From NCBI GenBank assembly GCA_016197005.1, contig JACPWO010000001.1, forward strand, positions 87,266 to 151,265: 64,000 bases of DNA, in the 5' to 3' direction. Positions 58,309-64,000 of the stretch are shown piece by piece (position 1 is the first letter of the stretch; every line of letters starts with the position of its first letter). The notes under the pieces were generated by a model. The model was not told the DNA's origin. It did not search any database and worked only from the letters and a program-made list of their open reading frames with translations. The position numbers and the translations under genes are program-made. The DNA is from Candidatus Anderseniibacteriota bacterium (GTDB taxonomy: Bacteria > Patescibacteriota > Andersenbacteria > UBA10190).

Positions 58309-59598
58309 GTGGCTGACATTACCTACTGCCTTTACGCAAGAAAAAGCACGGAAAGTGACGAACTCCAAGCCCTTTCCATTGATTCGCAAATCAAAGAGAT
58401 GTTAGATCAGACAAAGCGAGATGGAATTACTGTCGCGGAAATCAGGCGGGAAAGTCACTCCGCCAAGGAGTCGTTTACCAGACCAGTATTCCGGCAACTT
58501 ATTGAAGATATTCGCAGCTCAAAATTCAGCGGCATTCTAACTTGGGCTCCAGACCGTTTAAGTAGAAACGCCGGTGACCTCGGGGCACTAGTTGACCTCA
58601 TGGATCAAGGCAAGCTAGCGGAAATCAGAACGCATGGGCAGATATTCCGTAACTCACCAAATGAGAAATTTCTACTGATGATTCTGTGTAGCCAAGCCAA
58701 GCTGGAAAATGATAACCGGAGCGTCAATGTGAAGCGTGGTCTTCGAGCCAAGTGTGAGATGGGCTATCGTCCCGGCATGACCCCGCTCGGCTACGTAAAT
58801 CTCAAGTACGAGAAGAAAGGCGACAAGAAGATAGTCCTTGATCCCAAACGGGCGCCCATCATTCGCGAGATGTTCGAGCGGGTAGACGCAGGCGCCAGTG
58901 GCCGAGATGTTCTGCGCTGGATTAACAACGAGGCAGGATTCACTACGCGTACGGGCAAGAAAGTCGTTCTATCGGCGATATACGTCATGCTGCGCAATCC
59001 CTACTACTGCGGGAAGTATGAATTCCCGAAAGGCGGCGGTACTTGGTACAAAGTCGCCCACAAATCTATCGTGCCGGTACGTCTTTGGAAAAATGTGCAA
59101 GAAAAACTCACCGGTGCGCCCAAAGCTAGGCCAGGCAGCAAGACGTTCGACTTTACCGGCATGCTCACGTGCGGAGCCTGCTTGTCGGGAGTAACGGCTG
59201 AAGATCGGTTTAAGGATATTATTGACGGCACCAAAAGACGCTACGTCTACTACCACTGCACCAGAGCTCGTGACCTGGCGTGTCCGGAGCCGTACATTCG
59301 CGAGGAAGCCTTACTCGATCAGCTGCTAGATATCATCGATACGGTGGATTTGAACGTACTGGAAGTGCAGGAAAAACTGGCAGATGACCTAAAACGATAT
59401 CAAAGATTCGCTATGAAGGTACTACAGCGTGAGGATACGCAAATAATGCCGGACTCCGACATCCGCAGCTACGCCAAACACATGCTGTTAGAAGGAAATC
59501 GGGATGAGCGCCGGGAGATCATCGCCAGCATCACAACTAAACTGTATTTACAAAACAAGCGGATCAGTATTAAAACACCGAAAATACTTCACGCCTAG
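58309..59598 (+). CDS. Large serine recombinase (resolvase, recombinase and zinc-ribbon domains)
   Basis: YARKST catalytic Ser, SAK...RP.F, DRLSRN, PLGY, NPYYCG and CGAC...YYHC...C motifs. Confidence 0.92.
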   Translation: MADITYCLYARKSTESDELQALSIDSQIKEMLDQTKRDGITVAEIRRESHSAKESFTRPVFRQLIEDIRSSKFSGILTWAPDRLSRNAGDLGALVDLMDQGKLAEIRTHGQIFRNSPNEKFLLMILCSQAKLENDNRSVNVKRGLRAKCEMGYRPGMTPLGYVNLKYEKKGDKKIVLDPKRAPIIREMFERVDAGASGRDVLRWINNEAGFTTRTGKKVVLSAIYVMLRNPYYCGKYEFPKGGGTWYKVAHKSIVPVRLWKNVQEKLTGAPKARPGSKTFDFTGMLTCGACLSGVTAEDRFKDIIDGTKRRYVYYHCTRARDLACPEPYIREEALLDQLLDIIDTVDLNVLEVQEKLADDLKRYQRFAMKVLQREDTQIMPDSDIRSYAKHMLLEGNRDERREIIASITTKLYLQNKRISIKTPKILHA

Positions 59599-59600
59599 CC

Positions 59601-59810
59601 GGTTCGAATCCTGATACAGGGCTGAATCGGACAACTTATTATCTTTTGACTTTCCGCCAACGTGACGCAGTAACGGACTATGGTCGCATTTAAAACGAGA
59701 AATAAGTGTTCACTTGGCGGGACGCGTTTAGAACCTTTAACTGGTCTAAGGCTATACCTTATCCTGCTGTGGAGCTAGGGCAGATTAGGCACTTGTTAGC
59801 GTTGGTGTAG
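59601..59810 (+). pseudogene. Possible degenerate C-terminal remnant of a second serine recombinase
   Basis: Broken-frame peptides GSN, DNLLSFDF and WRDAFRTFNWSKAIPYP...LLALV resemble CPR recombinase tails; recognised from memory only. Confidence 0.35.
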
Positions 59811-59974
59811 CCCCTAGCCCCCTTAGCGTTCGTCTAATGCCAAATGAGCGACCCCCCACCCCAAAAAACACCACCCCTAGAAGGTGGTCATAGGAAACAA
59901 AAAGAAACTTCCTAATTGGTAGCGCGGACACCCCCTACTCAAAGAATCGGGACTCCTATCAACTTAAGGGGTGG

Positions 59975-61519
59975 TCATAGCCCCGCAATATCTTCTCTGA
60001 TTTTTTTGGGAAAGATAGTTCGATAGTCATCTGGAAATAAGTGAATAGTCTTATTGAGGTCATCTTGAAAGCTGTTTCTAAGGTAAGGATCAAAACACCA
60101 CGAGGATTTTTCTGGATCAAACACCTTACCCTGCATTACAGTCTTGACCCCCCTGCTTTGTATAATCTGTGCGCCGTGCTCAAACTCCTGAACTGACATT
60201 ACGGTAAATGGTTTTTCTGTAAGCCACTCGACAGGTAGCTGTGCAGCCTTCATTTTTTCTTCAACCTTTTTCTGTACTTTGCGGAGAGGATCGCCCATTA
60301 AGAACCAATCCTCCAAGATTACAACAATGGGAAAGATTGCCTTCGAGCCATTATATTTATATTTTGGACTTTTATATTTACCTGCCTGATAATATTGGAT
60401 CGTCTTATATATCTGCAAAGCAGCGTCCGCAATAATATCAAGTTGTTTTTCGAGTTCAGAAGAATCAAATAGCTCGACTTTGGCCGGCATTGTGAGTCGT
60501 TTAGTTTTACACTCAATAAATAATGCCGCATCGTCCTGATCTGCTATCCAATCTATTTTAGGGGCATTGAAGCTTTGAGTTTGCTCCTGTGGGTAAATGA
60601 CGAATTTGTTGTCTTTGTTGGCCTTTTCCAGAACCTCACCAATATAATACTCGAACGATTCTCCAAAAACAGTATCGAATCCGCTTTGACGACAAAGTTC
60701 ATAATATATTCCATTTGTAACGCGCCAAAATAGAAGTGCCGGCATTGGGCAAATTAGACTATCCTGACCACTAATATTAATTCTGATCAAAGGATAGATT
60801 TTGAATGAGTCGTGATAGTAGAAAAATTTCTCATCGATACTTCTTTCTGTGGGCGATTGCAATTTTACTTTAAGGCTTTCGTAGTCTGTAGAAAAAAGTT
60901 TTAGAAATAAATCTAGCTTTGATACATCTAGGTCGTCTTGGCCTAGGTTAATTTCGGGTGGATAAAATAAGGAGAATTTAGTTACATATACGCCTAGAGT
61001 AGCTATGCCCAGCAGATAAATCTCTTGCGTTGTGAGCCCAGTAGTTTCTTTGACGATTTTATCTAGGGCAGGATAACTAAAAATTTTAAAATAACGGGTG
61101 AGATAAATCTTATTGAAACCGTGTATTTGCCAAGGAAACTGACGATGAGCCATCCGATGTATCTCAACCAAAACATTTATCTTGCCGCGATATATCTTCG
61201 TAAGGTCATTTTCAAAATCCTTAACCTTATTGATCGCGTTGGCAAGATGATTCTGTTTTCGTAGATCGTATCTGGCCTGTGTAAATTGAGGGGAGTTGAT
61301 AATAATTTCCCTTGCGAGGGTTTCTAGTTCCCAATTGTTAATTACTCGCGGGCTTTGCCTTAAAGCATCCCAGTGAACATCAACGTCTATTGGGAAAGGC
61401 TTTTGAAGCCAGAGATATTGAGAATATGATCGTATGGTTGCAAGAGCATCGATTAGATTGAGTTGTCTTAAATAGTTTCTAAGCGGTTTATATGCTGCAA
61501 ATATTTCATCATTAGGCAT
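59975..61519 (-). CDS. Hypothetical protein with C-terminal PD-(D/E)xK/NERD-like nuclease domain, candidate defence protein
   Basis: GESFEYYI...IDW...LFIECKTK pattern; AT-rich; island context. Confidence 0.6.
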   Translation of the reverse strand: MPNDEIFAAYKPLRNYLRQLNLIDALATIRSYSQYLWLQKPFPIDVDVHWDALRQSPRVINNWELETLAREIIINSPQFTQARYDLRKQNHLANAINKVKDFENDLTKIYRGKINVLVEIHRMAHRQFPWQIHGFNKIYLTRYFKIFSYPALDKIVKETTGLTTQEIYLLGIATLGVYVTKFSLFYPPEINLGQDDLDVSKLDLFLKLFSTDYESLKVKLQSPTERSIDEKFFYYHDSFKIYPLIRINISGQDSLICPMPALLFWRVTNGIYYELCRQSGFDTVFGESFEYYIGEVLEKANKDNKFVIYPQEQTQSFNAPKIDWIADQDDAALFIECKTKRLTMPAKVELFDSSELEKQLDIIADAALQIYKTIQYYQAGKYKSPKYKYNGSKAIFPIVVILEDWFLMGDPLRKVQKKVEEKMKAAQLPVEWLTEKPFTVMSVQEFEHGAQIIQSRGVKTVMQGKVFDPEKSSWCFDPYLRNSFQDDLNKTIHLFPDDYRTIFPKKIREDIAGL

Positions 61520-61540
61520 AAGACACTCATCACACGGCTA

Positions 61541-61855
61541 TTAAAGGTTCCCCTCTTGCTTTTGCTGGTATTTCAACACTTTTTCCGCCGGAGAGAGGCC
61601 GCCCAAAGTTTTATGCGGAAAGTAATTCCAAGCGTCATTAACAGTTTCGATGATATTTTCCAGCTCGGCTGCCCCTTGGCCTGTATCAAACATAACGATG
61701 ATGTCAGTTAAGTCGTCCGTGCCTTCTTCGTTGTAGATAATTTCTTTTATGTCATCCAAGCCAAAGTCGCTCTTAGTTTCTTTAAGAAAAGCTAGAAGCT
61801 CCTGCTCGATCTCGTTGCGACGATCAATGGCCTGCTGCTGGTTAAGAATCTCCAT
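61541..61855 (-). CDS. Small acidic hypothetical protein, copy 2 (104 aa)
   Basis: Paralog of 56689..57000; closely coupled to the upstream nuclease gene. Confidence 0.85.
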   Translation of the reverse strand: MEILNQQQAIDRRNEIEQELLAFLKETKSDFGLDDIKEIIYNEEGTDDLTDIIVMFDTGQGAAELENIIETVNDAWNYFPHKTLGGLSPAEKVLKYQQKQEGNL

Positions 61856-61860
61856 AGCAT

Positions 61861-62616
61861 TCATTCGTTATGCCTTCCTATGGCTTCGATATAGCTGCAA
61901 TAGTCGCAGCCAGAATTATTGGATGGGATTGTATTTTGATTCAAACACGCGTGGATTTCTGAAATAGTATCTTCGATCCAAGAGTCATCACCTTTATACG
62001 GGATCAGAGTAATTTCAAATTCAAGCTTACCGTCGAATGCCCTTCGATCAGTCTGGCCATTGCAATAAACAAAGTAGCCGGTATCAGAAACGGTATAGCC
62101 ATTCTGTCGTAGTAACCATTGATACACCTCCATCTGTCGCTTATAGCCATCGTGCCATTCCTTGTTCAGTTCAGTGATCTCCTCGTTTTTAGACGTGGCC
62201 TTATAATCAACAACAATGTATTCGCCTTTGGAGTTCTGCCAAAGGTCATCAATCGCGCCAAAGATTAATAAATTCGTCGCCTTGTGCAGGTGTTGGATAC
62301 CCGTAAAGTTGTGCCGCCACTTGTCTAAATCTTCGTGCGGAACAGGTTGAGCATCGACACCATACTTTTCAATAAGAGGGTGCTTAGTGCCATTGGCTCG
62401 ATGAATATCAAACTCTTGCTTTAGGAGATGATCGACGGCCGAATTTAACGCAAAGGGAAAGCCTGGCGGTCGGCCAACGCCCAGCTTGCGGTCGTGGTAG
62501 AAACAGCGAGGGCAGTCTAAAAATAAATCAATTTTGGAACGGGAAAGCTTAAACGGCTCAATAGCAGCAGGATCATACAAGCCTTTTGTTCGTTGGGAAT
62601 TATAGTATTCAGACAT
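61861..62616 (-). CDS. PD-(D/E)xK nuclease (AddB/Cas4-like)
   Basis: LSRSKI...CPRC, GAIDD, IVVDYKAT, QMEVY and C-terminal CDYC motifs. Confidence 0.85.
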   Translation of the reverse strand: MSEYYNSQRTKGLYDPAAIEPFKLSRSKIDLFLDCPRCFYHDRKLGVGRPPGFPFALNSAVDHLLKQEFDIHRANGTKHPLIEKYGVDAQPVPHEDLDKWRHNFTGIQHLHKATNLLIFGAIDDLWQNSKGEYIVVDYKATSKNEEITELNKEWHDGYKRQMEVYQWLLRQNGYTVSDTGYFVYCNGQTDRRAFDGKLEFEITLIPYKGDDSWIEDTISEIHACLNQNTIPSNNSGCDYCSYIEAIGRHNE

Positions 62617-62618
62617 TG

Positions 62619-63554
62619 CTATGAAGGTAAGCTTTTAATGTAGGGTCTTAATGCCTTTTCAAGTCGCACCATTGCATCAATAACCTTAATCTGTGCCTGC
62701 TCCCACGTTGCCTTATCTTTTAATCCATACTCCTTAAACCTAAAGCTAATTCGACAAGCCCTACGATGTTCTAGGCGTTCCCACGTGAGGTTGCCGCCGA
62801 ATGTATTCTCGATTACGTCCTTATGTTTGTACAAGGCATCAAAACGTTCCTTGTTGAGCGTTGGATACTCCTTGCCTCTGTCGAGATACAACTCTGCGCC
62901 GACAAAGCCGGTGGTGATTACATAATTAAAACTTAGACCGCTTTTGCCAGCCCCCGTTCCAATCCAGCTATAAATCGTGGGGGAGGTGTTTGAATGTAAT
63001 TTTGTTCTTTCTTTCGCCTTTTCCAACAACTGCTGCCAGAACTCCTTTCGCAGATGATGACGCTCCGCGTATTCTTTCTTTTCTAAACCGACCTCTTTAG
63101 CAATTTCGGTGGGCTGCACGATCACAGTGAAAAGAGGCGCGGGATCAGAACCGCCTATTTTCACTGCCTCCACTTGCACTAAATAAAATGCAATGTCGGC
63201 TGGTGTATGCTCGTTAAGCCAATGCACGGCTTTCTCGTGCTCTTCTCGTGGGCTACTGGTGATCCATATGGCCGCCTTAGCATCAAGATTGGTCATATAT
63301 GTGAGCACTTTACCTAAGTGGTCGTGGTCAGTTTTTTCCAACTGATTTTCAACAATGGCCAAATGACCGTCGCTATCTTCAAGCATAATGTCTAAGTAAA
63401 AGCTGCCGACTGATTTTTCTTTTTCGACAATTGAAAATGATGTTTCTAACGCCTCATTAAGAGCATCAATATTTTCAGCAAGCCACGACGTAAAATCTTT
63501 GGCTTCATTTTTCCAGATTTCTCGAAGCGGAACTCGTTGTAGCTTTCCAATCAT
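62619..63554 (-). CDS. NucS-like endonuclease domain fused to a DUF4268-like domain
   Basis: W.NEAKDFTSWL, LDI...IVENQL...DHDHLGK; C-terminal FW.QL and IENTFGGNLTWE. Confidence 0.8.
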   Translation of the reverse strand: MIGKLQRVPLREIWKNEAKDFTSWLAENIDALNEALETSFSIVEKEKSVGSFYLDIMLEDSDGHLAIVENQLEKTDHDHLGKVLTYMTNLDAKAAIWITSSPREEHEKAVHWLNEHTPADIAFYLVQVEAVKIGGSDPAPLFTVIVQPTEIAKEVGLEKKEYAERHHLRKEFWQQLLEKAKERTKLHSNTSPTIYSWIGTGAGKSGLSFNYVITTGFVGAELYLDRGKEYPTLNKERFDALYKHKDVIENTFGGNLTWERLEHRRACRISFRFKEYGLKDKATWEQAQIKVIDAMVRLEKALRPYIKSLPS

Positions 63555-64000
63555 ATTGTTGATCCAAAACTACGGATTATTCTTTTTTCTTCATCGCTAA
63601 TTTTATAAAGATTCATAACCAATTCATCAATTTCCTTGTTCAGTTTTTGAATCGTTTGAAGTAGTGTCAACAACTCTTGCTTAGTTGTTGTAAAGAAGTC
63701 CATCAATTCTGATTTTTTCTGGATAGAAACTGATACTTTAATAGTTCTTAAAAAATCTTCGAATTCCTGCTTATAAAAACTTTTGGCCTTTTTGGGGATT
63801 GAGGGCAGCGAGAATTCGTGAGCAAATAACTTCTGTGCCTTTTCAAGCTTTTGGTTAAAATCCCCACTCATCGAAAGCAATTGACGAACTTTTTCTACAA
63901 TCTCACCCTGCGCACCCTCTGATGCTTTATATATAGGGAATTGTGCTAATTCATTGACTTTAAATTGAGGAAAAATCTTTCGCTGAAATTTGTTAAATGT
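63551..64000 (-). CDS. C-terminal end of a type IIG (Eco57I/TaqI-like) restriction-modification protein, truncated by the window edge
   Basis: Frame is open to the window end (FPQFKVNELAQFPI...) and ends in IDELVMNLYKISDEEKRII, a typical IIG tail. Confidence 0.75.
   Translation of the reverse strand, partial: TFNKFQRKIFPQFKVNELAQFPIYKASEGAQGEIVEKVRQLLSMSGDFNQKLEKAQKLFAHEFSLPSIPKKAKSFYKQEFEDFLRTIKVSVSIQKKSELMDFFTTTKQELLTLLQTIQKLNKEIDELVMNLYKISDEEKRIIRSFGSTI

Larger units (their letters stand above)
56258..64000. mobile_element. Accessory/defence island with a large serine recombinase; boundaries approximate and continuing past the window end
   Basis: Switch to mostly minus-strand genes, patchy base composition, recombinase, nucleases, R-M gene end, tRNAs and a duplicated gene. 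Confidence 0.7.

Noticed and set aside
58184-58405. 73-aa ORF overlapping the recombinase start
   Set aside because: Out-of-frame overlap, TTG start, no SD and no domain.
1-64000. Alternative genetic code (UGA recoding as in Gracilibacteria/Absconditabacteria)
   Set aside because: Conserved genes are full length under code 11 and several end properly at TGA (e.g. 10434, 42323).

Overview
This window looks like a Patescibacteria (CPR, Parcubacteria-like) chromosome segment using genetic code 11. The taxonomy is inferred from gene content and streamlined proteins. Positions 1-56257 are mostly + strand core genes: cell envelope and peptidoglycan (murF/D/G/C/A, mraY, ftsW, ftsQ, two mreB, mreC/D, PBP2, glycosyltransferases), scpAB, the infA-rpmJ-rpsM-rpsK-rpsD-rpoA-rplQ-rplM-rpsI cluster, secA/D/F, aminoacyl-tRNA synthetases, frr, greA and dnaX. 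At least 13 core genes appear leaderless, with a TAnnnT -10 box 6-8 nt before the ATG. Several small inserted units instead carry some combination of consensus promoter, boxA-like motif, strong Shine-Dalgarno and terminator. These include a tandem (single-chain) CsrA, a 63-aa membrane peptide on a heavily folded mRNA and a roughly 345-nt multi-helix RNA candidate. From about 56260 to the end is an accessory/defence island containing a repeat-rich non-coding block, two copies of a small acidic protein, a large serine recombinase, three PD-(D/E)xK-type nucleases and the end of a type IIG R-M gene. The most striking unit is a self-contained operon: promoter, boxA, RNA ligase, structured RNA, tRNA-Ala(UGC), tRNA-Ala(GGC), terminator. 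All calls come from reading motifs by eye; no database searches or folding computations were run.
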